Below are positions 16,606 to 26,117 of a stretch of DNA of 64,000 bases, in pieces. Position 1 is the first letter of the stretch; each line of letters opens with the position of its first letter. Both the position numbers and the translations under genes were made by a program. This DNA comes from a virus: IMG/VR virus record IMGVR_UViG_3300005836_000012; one strand, written 5' to 3'. A model generated the notes under the pieces. It did not search any database. It saw nothing but the letters and a program-made list of their open reading frames with translations, and had not been told where the DNA came from.

Positions 16606-17192
16606 GCAACGACGTTTTCCCGGCGCTGGCAGGCATCACGTGGCCCGTGATCCGCGCGCCGATGTTCAGCACGATCATCCAGACAGGCAGCGACCTATCG
16701 GAGCTGCGAGGCACCTTCGCGCCGCAGCCGGTGTACGACTTCACGCTGACGTACGACATCCTGCGCAGCGACTCGCACGCCGAGTTTCAGACACTGTGCG
16801 GGTTCTTCGAAAACCACGGCGGATCGTTCGACTCGTTCCTGTTCACCGACGTGAGCGACGCGAACGTCAGCAATCAGGTCTTCGGCACCGGCAACGGCGT
16901 GGCGACGGTCTTTCAGCTGATCCGCGGGATGGGTTCCTCCAACGTCGCCGTGAAGAACATCGCCAACGCGGCCGTCACGATCAACAACTCCCCGGTGGCG
17001 AACTTCACCACGAGCAACGGTGTGCTGACCTTCACCCCAGCGCCTGCAGCGAACGACGTGCTGCGCTGGACTGGCAGCTACTATTTCCGCTGCCGCTTTG
17101 GCGAGGATTCGCAGGAGTTCGAGCAGTTCATGCGCCTGTTCTGGCAGGTCGGGCAGATCAAGCTGCGGGGCGCCTTGGGGCTGCAGATATGA
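16602..17192 (+). CDS. Distal tail protein, DUF2460 / RcGTA g12-like
   Basis: FPALAGITWPVIRAPMFSTIIQTGS..EFQTLCGFFENHGGSFDSFLFTD, as in the TIGR02217-type family. ATGA overlaps on both sides. Confidence 0.65.
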   Translation: MSNDVFPALAGITWPVIRAPMFSTIIQTGSDLSELRGTFAPQPVYDFTLTYDILRSDSHAEFQTLCGFFENHGGSFDSFLFTDVSDANVSNQVFGTGNGVATVFQLIRGMGSSNVAVKNIANAAVTINNSPVANFTTSNGVLTFTPAPAANDVLRWTGSYYFRCRFGEDSQEFEQFMRLFWQVGQIKLRGALGLQI

Positions 17193-18034
17193 AGGCGGCC
17201 ACCGCCAACCTCGTGACGCTGCTGGCCACCGTGCGGCAGTATTTCATGGAGGACGTGGCCGTCGTCTCGCTGTCCAACGGCAACACCGTCACCCTGAGCA
17301 CGAATCGGGCGAACGCGCCGGCGACGCAGCCGATCTTCAAACGCGGAGGGGTCCGCACGCAGATCGGCGTCGAGGTCAGCCAGATGTCGGTCGACCTGCT
17401 GTGCAACAACCAAAGCCTGATCGATGGTCACTTGGCGATCGACTTCACCGTCAACGGCGGGCTGGATGGCGCGAACATGGTCTGCACGCGCTACTTCTCG
17501 GCCAACGCGAGCGAGGCGGCCGCTGGCCGCGTAGCAGGCAATCTGCACGTCTTCCAGGGCGGCTTCGGCGACATCGGCATGGATGCGAAGGGCATCCACT
17601 TCAGCGTGATGTCCGACATGGAACTGCTGAACATCCAGCTCCCGAGAAATATGTACCAGGCCGGCTGCATCCACGACCTCTACGACGCAGGCTGCACGCT
17701 CAACCGCAACGCGATGTCGGTAGGGGGAACGGTTCAGGCGAACGCGACCGTCTACAGCGTGCCAACCTCGCTGACCAACCCGGACGACTACTTCGCGCTC
17801 GGGATCATTTCCTTCGCCAATGGACCCCTGGCCGGCGTGTCGCGCACCATCAAGGGCTACGCCAACGGAGTCATCACACCAGTGCTTCCACTGCCTTCAG
17901 CCCCAAACTCGGGCGACGGCTTCGTGGCGGCGCCTGGCTGCGACAAGACGTTCATCACGTGCAACACGATCCTGCTGAACGGCAATAACTTTCGGGGCTA
18001 CGAGTTCATCCCGACACCTGAAACGTCGTACTGA
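17189..18034 (+). CDS. Tail tip protein, DUF2163 + BR0599-like C-terminus (RcGTA g13-like)
   Basis: Internal ATG 17189 overlaps the upstream TGA. C-terminus GCDKTFITCNTILLNGNNFRGYEFIP matches the BR0599 motif. Confidence 0.65.
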   Translation: MKAATANLVTLLATVRQYFMEDVAVVSLSNGNTVTLSTNRANAPATQPIFKRGGVRTQIGVEVSQMSVDLLCNNQSLIDGHLAIDFTVNGGLDGANMVCTRYFSANASEAAAGRVAGNLHVFQGGFGDIGMDAKGIHFSVMSDMELLNIQLPRNMYQAGCIHDLYDAGCTLNRNAMSVGGTVQANATVYSVPTSLTNPDDYFALGIISFANGPLAGVSRTIKGYANGVITPVLPLPSAPNSGDGFVAAPGCDKTFITCNTILLNGNNFRGYEFIPTPETSY

Positions 18035-18459
18035 TGGATCAACGCCAGGCAGTAATCGCTGAAGCGCACCGGTGGATCGGCACGCCGTGGCACCACGGGG
18101 CCGAACTGATCGGGGCGGGGGTCGACTGCGCCCGGATGTTGAAGTGCGTCTATGTCGGCGCCGGCCTCGTTGTTGACTTTCCGATCGACCAGTACCCGCA
18201 CGACTGGATGCTGCACCGCGACGAGGAACGTTTCATCGCGATCGTCGCCAAGTACGCGACACAAGTTCAACGCCCGCTCCCTGGTGATATGGCGCTGTGG
18301 CGCTACTTCCGCACGTTCAGCCACGGCGGGATCGTCGTCGAGTGGCCGATGGTGATCCACGCGCATCGGCCGGTCGGCAAGGTCACGATGTCGAACGCCT
18401 ACGAGCGCCCGCTGGCTGGTCGTCCGGTGCAGTTCTGGCGCCCGCGGGGGCTCGAATGA
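18034..18459 (+). CDS. NlpC/P60-family tail peptidase (RcGTA g14-like)
   Basis: AHRWIGTPWHHGAELIGAGVDCARML contains the catalytic-Cys context of NlpC/P60. 141 aa. Confidence 0.7.
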   Translation: MDQRQAVIAEAHRWIGTPWHHGAELIGAGVDCARMLKCVYVGAGLVVDFPIDQYPHDWMLHRDEERFIAIVAKYATQVQRPLPGDMALWRYFRTFSHGGIVVEWPMVIHAHRPVGKVTMSNAYERPLAGRPVQFWRPRGLE

Positions 18460-21194
18460 GCGGCCTGTTCGGCAAGAAGACGACGATCAACAACGACGCG
18501 CCGCGCATCGGCGCGGTTCGCGTTCAGAGCAGCACGCAGGGCATCCCGATCGCGATCGTCTACGGGATGACGCGGGTGTCGCCGAACCTGCTGCAGTACA
18601 CGGACTTTCTGGCCACCCCGCAGACGACGAGCCAGAAGTCAGGCAAGGGCGGCGGTGGCGTGACGACGGTCACCACCACCTACAGCTACCAGGCTGCCGT
18701 CATGCTGGGCTTGAGCGAGGGGCCGCTGCCGAACAACGGCACGACCGACATGATCGGCACGGCATGGGTCGACAAGCAGGTCACCAGCGGTGCGAATCTG
18801 GCGCTGACGGAGTTCCGCGGCACCTACGCTCAGGCCGGCTGGTCATTCATGGCGGCACAGCACCCAGCCGATGGCAGGAGCCTGCGCGGGCAGGCCTACG
18901 TCGCGCGCAGCGACTTCCCGTTGAGCACTAATGCCGGTCTTCCCAACCTGTCATTCGAGCTTCGCGGCTTGCTGTGGCAGGACGACTGCGAACCAGACAT
19001 CAACGTTGGCCGCCTCCTTCCAGACCTGCTCTCGAACGTGAACTACGGGGCGCTGTACAACCACATCGGCGCGCTGACCGACATGGTCGCCTACTGCGAG
19101 GCGGCCGGGTTCAAGGTCAGCCCCAACTACAACGAGCAACGGCCGGCGAGCGAAATGGTCGCCGAGCTGTGCAAGATCGCGAACAGCGCGCCCTTCTGGA
19201 GCGAGGGGGTACTGAAGGCGTCGCCCTACGCTGACCAGATCGTCACGCGCACTCCGTTTGCCCCGCTTCCAGGCACCGACTCCTACACGGAGGACCTGAA
19301 CCCGGCCAACTTCTCGGTCATCAGCGGCAACTCGTCCCTGTTCACATACGACAGCGGAACCTACGGCAATCAGGTGACGATCGCGAGCCAGAACAGCGCA
19401 AACATCGCGCTGATGCGGCACACCGTCAGTTCGCACGCGATCGAAACCTTCACGGTCAAGTTCATCCGCAACAACTCCAACACGGACGACGCGGCGTCGA
19501 TGGTCCTGAAGGCGTCAGGCAACGCGGCCCTCGGAATCGTCCCGCAGCGCGAGCAAGGAATCGACACCTTCAAGCGGCCGTATCTTTCGCTGCCAGAAGG
19601 GCTGGTTCTGATCGGCACCACGGAATTGCCGCTGCACGTCTGGTTCACGCTCAACGTGAACATCCTGCCAGGGGTCGATGCCAGTACCTACGCGCTGATC
19701 TACACCGCGAACGGCGTGTCGTTCAACTCCGGGACGATCCACACCGACTATGCGGGCCTGAACTACAACCAGGTCGACCTGACCGCCGACAGCTCCGGGC
19801 TCACGTCGTCTGTCACCTACGCATGCATCGCGACAACGGCTGGCATAGGGGCTTGCGCGCTTGGCAATACGCCGGTGACCTACACGCCGAACCTGACGAT
19901 TCAGTACGACCTGAGCACCGCAAACGCCACATCCGGTGGCAGCGACTTCATCAGCGCCCACGGCGATCCCCCGATCAAGGTCAAGCGCACACGTCAGGCG
20001 GACGCCTACAACGTGATCCAGGTGTCGTGTCTTGACCGCAGCGACGCGTACAACAAGGCGGTCGTCGAGGCGAGCGATCTGGACCTCGTGCAGCGCTTCG
20101 GGCGCCGCGTAGCGCCGGTCATCCAAGCCGAAATGATCTGCAGCACGGACACCGCGCGCGCCGTCGCGCAAACCGCCTTGCAGCGCTCGGTCTACCTGCG
20201 CAACACGTACGAGTTCACGGTCGGCTGGCGCTACTCGCGGCTGGAGCCGATGGACCTCGTGACGCTGACGGACGCGCAGACCCAGCTGGCAGCCAAGCCG
20301 GTACGCATCACCGCAGTGCAGGAGAACGACAGCGGCGCGCTCGACATGGAGGCCGAGGACTTGTTCATCGGCGTCTCGACACCTGGCGCCTACCAGCAGC
20401 AAAGCGGTTCAGGCTACACCACGAACACCGGTATCGATCCAGGCAACGCGAATGCGACGGTGGTCTTTCAGCCGCCCACGGAGTTGAGCGGCACGCCGCA
20501 AATCTGGATCGGCGCGTCCGGTGGCCCCGACTGGGGTGGCGCTGAAATCTGGGGCAGCGACGACGGCACCACGTTCGCGCGCGTCGGGATCATCACGGCG
20601 CCGGCGCGCTACGGCGTGGTCACCGCGAACTGGCCGGCGAGCGCAGACCCGGACACGACGGGGAATCTTGCGGTAAGCCTGGCAAACAGCGGCGGCGATC
20701 TGACGAGCGCCACCCAGTTGCAGGCGAACGGTGGGGACACGCTCTCATATGTCGGTGCGAACGGATCGGGCGAGCTGATCGCCTACACCACGGCCAACCT
20801 CACCGGGACGCACAACTACTCGCTGACCAGCTACATCCGCCGCGGCCTCTACTGCAGCTTCTCGACGGCGCACCTGGTCGGCGAGTCGTTCATGCGGCTG
20901 GACGGGGCCGTCGCCAAGGTCGACATCGATGCGGGCCGCGTCGGGCACACGCTGCACTACAAGCTGCGCAGCTTCAACCAAGTCGGCGGTGGTCTTCAGG
21001 ACCTGTCGACGGCGATCGAGTTCAGCTACGTCGTCCAGCCGCTCGGCATTGTCGTGACCAACGGCGTGGTCCCGTCCACAATCCAGGCCGGGGAGCTGCT
21101 TTGCGTGCCCGAGGGGACGCAGTATCAGGTGCTCGGTCGAATGAAGGACTACGGGCGGATCAACCTGCACGGGCGACTGATCGTCGGCGCCTAG
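18456..21194 (+). CDS. Host-specificity / central tail fibre protein (gpJ / RcGTA g15-like)
   Basis: 912 aa from ATG 18456 (ATGA overlap). N-terminus MSGLFGKKTTINNDAPRIGAVRVQSSTQGIPIAIVYG typical of Phage-tail_3 proteins. Confidence 0.7.
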   Translation: MSGLFGKKTTINNDAPRIGAVRVQSSTQGIPIAIVYGMTRVSPNLLQYTDFLATPQTTSQKSGKGGGGVTTVTTTYSYQAAVMLGLSEGPLPNNGTTDMIGTAWVDKQVTSGANLALTEFRGTYAQAGWSFMAAQHPADGRSLRGQAYVARSDFPLSTNAGLPNLSFELRGLLWQDDCEPDINVGRLLPDLLSNVNYGALYNHIGALTDMVAYCEAAGFKVSPNYNEQRPASEMVAELCKIANSAPFWSEGVLKASPYADQIVTRTPFAPLPGTDSYTEDLNPANFSVISGNSSLFTYDSGTYGNQVTIASQNSANIALMRHTVSSHAIETFTVKFIRNNSNTDDAASMVLKASGNAALGIVPQREQGIDTFKRPYLSLPEGLVLIGTTELPLHVWFTLNVNILPGVDASTYALIYTANGVSFNSGTIHTDYAGLNYNQVDLTADSSGLTSSVTYACIATTAGIGACALGNTPVTYTPNLTIQYDLSTANATSGGSDFISAHGDPPIKVKRTRQADAYNVIQVSCLDRSDAYNKAVVEASDLDLVQRFGRRVAPVIQAEMICSTDTARAVAQTALQRSVYLRNTYEFTVGWRYSRLEPMDLVTLTDAQTQLAAKPVRITAVQENDSGALDMEAEDLFIGVSTPGAYQQQSGSGYTTNTGIDPGNANATVVFQPPTELSGTPQIWIGASGGPDWGGAEIWGSDDGTTFARVGIITAPARYGVVTANWPASADPDTTGNLAVSLANSGGDLTSATQLQANGGDTLSYVGANGSGELIAYTTANLTGTHNYSLTSYIRRGLYCSFSTAHLVGESFMRLDGAVAKVDIDAGRVGHTLHYKLRSFNQVGGGLQDLSTAIEFSYVVQPLGIVVTNGVVPSTIQAGELLCVPEGTQYQVLGRMKDYGRINLHGRLIVGA

Positions 21195-21204
21195 GGAGCA
21201 TCGA

Positions 21205-21726
21205 ATGTCTGAAATCGTCCTGCAGAACGAAGCCAGTCCGGGAGCGCTCGGCGCCAATCTCGTGGCGATCTTCATCGATGCGAACGGCGTGCTGTCCTAC
21301 GTCGGGAATGACGCAATAGTCAAGCAGCCGCTGACGAGTGCCAGCTTCGCCAACGTGGCCTATGCCAACCAGGTGAACACATTCACCAAGGCGCAGGCGG
21401 TCACGCCCGGGACGTTCGCCAACACGGGTAACACGACGCTGGACGCCAACGCGTCAAACATCTTCCGCCCGGTAGGAGGCCAGTTGACTGGCAATGTCGG
21501 CCTGCCCAACCCGTCGAACCTCCGCGATGGGCAGACGTTCACGTTCTTCCTGCAGCAAGGATCGGGCGGCAACCTGACGATGACCTACGGAAGCCTGTTC
21601 AAGTTCGCCACCGCGAACGAGCGGACGCTGACGGCAGCGGCGAGCGCCCGCGATGTCGTGAGCTGCGTCTACGACGCGACGGCAAACCTGATCTTCTGCG
21701 GTGCGCGGCAGAACGTGGCCAGCTGA
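21205..21726 (+). CDS. Hypothetical tail-fibre-associated protein
   Basis: 173 aa, Asn/Thr/Gly-rich, directly after the host-specificity gene. Confidence 0.5.
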   Translation: MSEIVLQNEASPGALGANLVAIFIDANGVLSYVGNDAIVKQPLTSASFANVAYANQVNTFTKAQAVTPGTFANTGNTTLDANASNIFRPVGGQLTGNVGLPNPSNLRDGQTFTFFLQQGSGGNLTMTYGSLFKFATANERTLTAAASARDVVSCVYDATANLIFCGARQNVAS

Positions 21727-22565
21727 TGTACACCGTCCCCATCGGGCTGTTCACGTCCGCTTTAGGGTCGGCCGGCAACGATCCGAACGCGCAAGCGATC
21801 TATGGAAACCTCGTTGCGTGGTGGACGCTCAACGACAGCGCCAACACGCCCACCTACATCGACAGCTTTGCCAGCCACAACATGACGCTGCGAAGCAGCA
21901 GCGGCACGCTCAACACCAGCACGCTGTCGGTCGGCGGCGGGATCGGCGGATCAAATGCCTCTGGCATGGGCGGGTCGCCGACGCGCACTGCCTACGTGCC
22001 GCGAGCAGATACCGTGCTGGACCTGGGGGACTTCGACTTCACGTTCGGAGGCTGGTTCAAGACCCAGGCGGCTGCTGCGACGACAGCGTTTCTGATGGGG
22101 CGCGTCGGCGGCCACGCGAACGGGGTGTTCAATCAGTTGCGCGCGTGGATTTTCATCGACAACGACACCTTCATCAAAGCGCGCTACAGCTCGGATGGCA
22201 GCAACCTGACTGCGACGGCCAACTCTGGCATCGCCTTCAGCAACAGCATCAACAACCTCTGCGTGATGACGTACGACAAGACCGGGGGCAGGCTGCACCT
22301 GCGCATCGGGAACCAGAACGGCAGCATCACGCACGCCAACGTGGCGCTAGGGGCCGCTATCGCCACGGCCAACGTCGACACCAACTTCACGATCGGGGCC
22401 GGCCTTCAGAACGACAGCGTCACCGACCTCACGACCAACCGCGAGGGCGTATTCACCGCAGACGAGTGCTTCGTGGCCAACCTGGCAATGACGGACGCCC
22501 AGTTCACCTACATGACGAACAGCGGTTCAGGCAAGACGTTCACACAACTGGTTGCCGATCAGTAG
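21726..22565 (+). CDS. Concanavalin-A-like lectin/LamG-domain tail protein
   Basis: LDLGDFDFTFGGWFK...NNLCVMTYDKTGGRLHLRIGN pattern typical of LamG/laminin-G jelly rolls. Confidence 0.5.
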   Translation: MYTVPIGLFTSALGSAGNDPNAQAIYGNLVAWWTLNDSANTPTYIDSFASHNMTLRSSSGTLNTSTLSVGGGIGGSNASGMGGSPTRTAYVPRADTVLDLGDFDFTFGGWFKTQAAAATTAFLMGRVGGHANGVFNQLRAWIFIDNDTFIKARYSSDGSNLTATANSGIAFSNSINNLCVMTYDKTGGRLHLRIGNQNGSITHANVALGAAIATANVDTNFTIGAGLQNDSVTDLTTNREGVFTADECFVANLAMTDAQFTYMTNSGSGKTFTQLVADQ

Positions 22566-22608
22566 CATGGCGCTACACTGCGACCCGCAGACAAGGAAAG
22601 GACGATAG

Positions 22609-22806
22609 ATGGCAAACATCGCACCGACCCGAAAAGTCTCAGCCGGCATCCTCGCTGGCGCCATCGTCGCCGTGGCAGCGTGGGCGTCGAAGTCCTACGC
22701 GCAGGTCGAGATTCCGACCGAAATCGGCATGGCCATCACGACAATTGTCACCTTCGTCGTGCAGTGGACAGTGCCGGACGCCGAAGACGAACCAGCACCG
22801 CAGTGA
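22609..22806 (+). CDS. Small membrane protein, holin candidate
   Basis: 65 aa with two hydrophobic helices and an acidic C-terminus. First gene of the lysis block. Confidence 0.45.
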   Translation: MANIAPTRKVSAGILAGAIVAVAAWASKSYAQVEIPTEIGMAITTIVTFVVQWTVPDAEDEPAPQ

Positions 22807-22820
22807 GCCGTTCAGCGCGC

Positions 22821-23135
22821 ATGCCGATCGACCTTGACCCGGAGACAGTCAAGCAGACCGCCCCGGGCCTGTTCGGGGCTCTCGGCGCGATCTGGTTTCT
22901 CCGCGGGTCATGGCCGGTTCGCGTCGGTCTAGCGGTTCCCGGTTGTGCGTTGAGCTACTTCGCGGCCGACGAGATATCGCGGGTCAGCGGGATGCCTCCG
23001 GGCCTGAGTGGGTTCCTGGTCGGCTTGCTTGGCATGGTGTTCGTCGCCAAGGTGGTCGAAACGTGGCAGGGGTTGGACCTGAGCGCGATCATCAAGCGAT
23101 GGCTGCAAAAACGCCTTGGAGTCGACAGTGACTGA
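22821..23135 (+). CDS. Membrane protein, holin/antiholin candidate
   Basis: 104 aa from internal ATG 22821, with 3 hydrophobic segments. The upstream part of the ORF-track ORF is Arg-rich. Confidence 0.45.
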   Translation: MPIDLDPETVKQTAPGLFGALGAIWFLRGSWPVRVGLAVPGCALSYFAADEISRVSGMPPGLSGFLVGLLGMVFVAKVVETWQGLDLSAIIKRWLQKRLGVDSD

Positions 23136-23415
23136 CTTCCCGGTCCCGGCGATCCTGAGTGTGGCCTGCCTGTGGCTGATCGGTCTGCTGTCCATCGCCG
23201 GAATCCTATCGAGCGGCTTCCGAGAGAACTGGCTGCAATGGACTGGCATGGCGGGTCTTGCGGTGTGGTCGTTCGGACGTGCCTCGGTCCTTGAGGACCG
23301 TGAGACGGTGAATCTGTACCAGTTCGTCGTGCACCTATCGCTTGTGGTCTACGGTCTCGGCACCGCGCTAGAGGTCTGGCGCCGGCGGAGGCGAGCATGG
23401 AGAGATACCGAATGA
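23116..23415 (+). CDS. Membrane protein (3 TM)
   Basis: TTG 23116 or GTG 23128 start. Hydrophobic helices and an Arg-rich C-terminus. Confidence 0.45.
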   Translation: MESTVTDFPVPAILSVACLWLIGLLSIAGILSSGFRENWLQWTGMAGLAVWSFGRASVLEDRETVNLYQFVVHLSLVVYGLGTALEVWRRRRRAWRDTE

Positions 23416-24182
23416 CCCATATCGTCCAGGTGTGCGGCCGGCTGCTGTGGGTGGCATGGGTCGCTGCGTTGATCGTGACCGCGCTCACGGCGCACGCCGT
23501 CGATGACGGTCTTCTCACCAGCGATGGCAACGTGAACCTGACCTGCGGAACGACCCCGCGGCCGATTCCGCTGCCGGTCCCGACGAAGATGATCCCGCCG
23601 CAGATCGACATGCCGGCGCAGCTCAAGGGCACGGGCACCGCGGCGATCACCGAAGCGAACGGCCGAGGGATGGCTGTCGGGTGGTGGGTGCCGCACGTCG
23701 AGGGGGCGACGCTCTACCTCTACGCGGTGACGTGGCGGTACCTGACGGACCACCCGGGCCTGGCTGCGAAGATCGCGCTGCTGGCCGTCGTTCCTGGGTC
23801 CGATGCGGCATCCGTCGCCGCGATCGGGGCGGCCTACGACCCGGTGTTCGACATCCGCGATATGTGCGACGTGTGGTTCCCAATGGTGGCCGCCCTGAAC
23901 GCCTCGCGACCGCCGCCACTGCCGGCCAACCCACCACCGCCGCCAGCTGCCGTCTACGAGGTGACGCCGGACGGATCGAAACCCGATCGGCAATACTTCC
24001 CGGCGACGCAGAAGACGGACGGCGCATGGACGCGCAGCGTCACGTCACCGGGACGCATCGCCAAACTGACGGTGGCGGACTGCGCACGCATCCAGATCAT
24101 CGAGTACGGCATCACGCGCTACTGCGCCGTGCTCCCACCAGGCAACTTCGTGGCCGCTGTTCGGCTTCGGGTGACGCAATGA
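23412..24182 (+). CDS. Secreted protein with signal peptide and Pro-rich linker
   Basis: ATG 23412 (ATGA overlap, GGAGAG upstream). LLWVAWVAALIVTALTAHA signal-like N-terminus. PPPLPANPPPPP tract. Confidence 0.5.
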   Translation: MTHIVQVCGRLLWVAWVAALIVTALTAHAVDDGLLTSDGNVNLTCGTTPRPIPLPVPTKMIPPQIDMPAQLKGTGTAAITEANGRGMAVGWWVPHVEGATLYLYAVTWRYLTDHPGLAAKIALLAVVPGSDAASVAAIGAAYDPVFDIRDMCDVWFPMVAALNASRPPPLPANPPPPPAAVYEVTPDGSKPDRQYFPATQKTDGAWTRSVTSPGRIAKLTVADCARIQIIEYGITRYCAVLPPGNFVAAVRLRVTQ

Positions 24183-24556
24183 CGCCGCACGTGACGGATG
24201 GCGACTGCGAGGGCACAATGTCGCCTGCCGAACTATTTCACCTGGTCCTGCGCCTGCAACACCAGCAGGCCGCAGACCTTGCCGACATAAACCGGAGGTT
24301 GCAAACCATGTCCACCGAATCGCAAGCACTGCTCGCCAAGACTGGCGAGGTCGCAACTGGCAGCGCCGCGCTGCAGGGCCTGACGCAATCGCTCAAGGCA
24401 GCTGTGGACGCCGGCGGCGGCGCAGTCGCAGCGCTGGCGGCCGAGCAGGCGGCGCATGCGGCGACGAACGCCGACGTGGTGGCGGCCACCGATCAGATGG
24501 AGGCCGTGCGCGCCGCCGAGGCCGACACGGTGGCGAACAACACGCCAACGCCCTGA
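24179..24556 (+). CDS. Hypothetical Ala-rich coiled-coil protein
   Basis: 125 aa from ATG 24179 (ATGA overlap). Confidence 0.45.
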   Translation: MTPHVTDGDCEGTMSPAELFHLVLRLQHQQAADLADINRRLQTMSTESQALLAKTGEVATGSAALQGLTQSLKAAVDAGGGAVAALAAEQAAHAATNADVVAATDQMEAVRAAEADTVANNTPTP

Positions 24557-24568
24557 ACGGGGCGACCT

Positions 24569-25108
24569 GTGAGCACGCCAGAGGTCATCAAGGCGGTCAT
24601 CGACACCGCCATCAATCCGGCCCTGGCATTCCTGCCTGCTCACATGGACAGCCCGGCAGCCCGCGTGCTGCTGGTGGCGATCGGGCTGCAGGAGTCAGGG
24701 CTGGTCAACCGCTTCCAGCTGACCGACACGCGCGGCGGCAAGGGGCCGGCCAGGGGCCTGTGGCAGAACGAGCGCGGCGGCGGTGTGCGGGGCGTGTGCA
24801 ACTCCAGTGCCACGACTGAGCAGGCCAGGCTACTCTGCCACGAGCGCGGCGTCTCGTTCGATCCTGGGGCCATCTGGGCACGCCTGGAGTACGACGACGT
24901 GCTCGCTGCCGGCTTCGCCCGCCTGATTCTCTGGGCCGATCCGTTGCCCCTGCCAAACCTGTTCGATGCCGACGCCGGCTGGTTGTGCTACCTGCGCAAC
25001 TGGCGGCCCGGCAAGCCCCGTCCTGAGCCCTGGGCGGGGTATCACATGGCCGCCGTCGCGGCCGTCGTCCCACCAGCTCCCAAGACACCACCGGAGAATG
25101 ACCTATGA
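24569..25108 (+). CDS. Lytic transglycosylase-like endolysin
   Basis: GTG start. LVAIGLQESGL (catalytic Glu context) and GLWQ motif of the SLT/goose-lysozyme-type fold. Confidence 0.55.
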   Translation: MSTPEVIKAVIDTAINPALAFLPAHMDSPAARVLLVAIGLQESGLVNRFQLTDTRGGKGPARGLWQNERGGGVRGVCNSSATTEQARLLCHERGVSFDPGAIWARLEYDDVLAAGFARLILWADPLPLPNLFDADAGWLCYLRNWRPGKPRPEPWAGYHMAAVAAVVPPAPKTPPENDL

Positions 25109-25464
25109 AACGACTCGCTGACCGCTGGCTGCTGCCGCTGTTCCTCGCCTGTGCCATGTTCGCTGCCGGCTGTGCCCAGCTCGGCGTGCCGACGCCGGAA
25201 ACACTGAACCAGAAGATCGCTGTCGCCGTGGCAAGCGTCACGACCGTCCGACAATCGACCGTCACACTGCTGATGGCCGGCAAGATCAGCGCTGCCGATG
25301 CGCAGAACATCCAAGCGCAGGCCGACAACGTGATCGCGGGGGCGCAGATCGCGCGCACAATCGCGCCCACGGACCCCGCGGCGGCTGATGCGAAGCTGCA
25401 GGCCACGATCCAAGTGCTGACGGCTCTCCAGAGCTATCTGGCGGCGAAGCAAGGAGGCAAGTAA
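25105..25464 (+). CDS. Lipoprotein, possible spanin component
   Basis: N-terminal LLPLFLACAMFAAGC lipobox-like signal. 119 aa, directly after the endolysin. Confidence 0.5.
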   Translation: MKRLADRWLLPLFLACAMFAAGCAQLGVPTPETLNQKIAVAVASVTTVRQSTVTLLMAGKISAADAQNIQAQADNVIAGAQIARTIAPTDPAAADAKLQATIQVLTALQSYLAAKQGGK

Positions 25465-25652
25465 TGGGAAACGCACTCGCACTCGTGACGCTGCTGCTGC
25501 AGTTCACCCAGCAGGCATCCGCCATCGCGGCGCTGCTGCAGAAGGCCCACACCGAAGGGCGTGACGTGACGACCGAAGAACTCGACGGCCTGTTCGCAGG
25601 TGATGCGGCCGCACGCGCAGCGCTCCAGGCTGCCATCGACGCAGCGCATTGA
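25464..25652 (+). CDS. Hypothetical small protein
   Basis: 62 aa. ATG overlaps the upstream TAA by 1 nt. Confidence 0.4.
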   Translation: MGNALALVTLLLQFTQQASAIAALLQKAHTEGRDVTTEELDGLFAGDAAARAALQAAIDAAH

Positions 25653-25694
25653 AGGCCGCCACCGGTAGCGGTGGCAACGACAGAGGCCTAACGG

Positions 25695-25949
25695 ATGATG
25701 CGCGGCAGACGGCGCGCGGAGCTGACCGACGATCAGCTGCTTTTGCCTGCCAGCAAGCTGCCGAACATGACGTTCAGCGAGCGCGAGAGGCGCGAACGGC
25801 TAATGCGAGCGCGCCACAATTCCCCGCTGACGGCAGCCGAGAGACTGAGCAACGCGGATCGGCAACTGCGTGTGATCCGCGGCGAGCTGGAAGCAGTGGA
25901 GCGCGAGATAGCCTCGCGAGAGCGCGCTATCGCAAGGTTGCGACGATAG
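25695..25949 (+). CDS. Hypothetical Arg/Glu-rich small protein
   Basis: 84 aa, last plus-strand ORF before the convergent junction. Confidence 0.4.
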   Translation: MMRGRRRAELTDDQLLLPASKLPNMTFSERERRERLMRARHNSPLTAAERLSNADRQLRVIRGELEAVEREIASRERAIARLRR

Positions 25950-25983
25950 CTGCTGGTGGTGTTTCCGGCGCCGGCAACTGGCT

Positions 25984-26117
25984 CATGTCGGCTCCGTCTT
26001 GTTGGCGCGGCCCCAAATCGATCAGGCGGTCGCTGGCGCGGGTGTTTGAAACCGGCTGCCTATGGGTTGCCCTGCGGTCGATTGGGGCCACATTCACGTC
26101 TGCTCCGTCTTGTTGGC
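25984..26117. repeat. Direct 23-mer repeat (2 mismatches) 111 bp apart, flanking a GGCCCCAAATCGA / TCGATTGGGGCC inverted repeat
   Basis: CATGTCGGCTCCGTCTTGTTGGC (25984-26006) vs CACGTCTGCTCCGTCTTGTTGGC (26095-26117). Inverted arms at 26009-26022 and 26078-26089. Confidence 0.7.
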
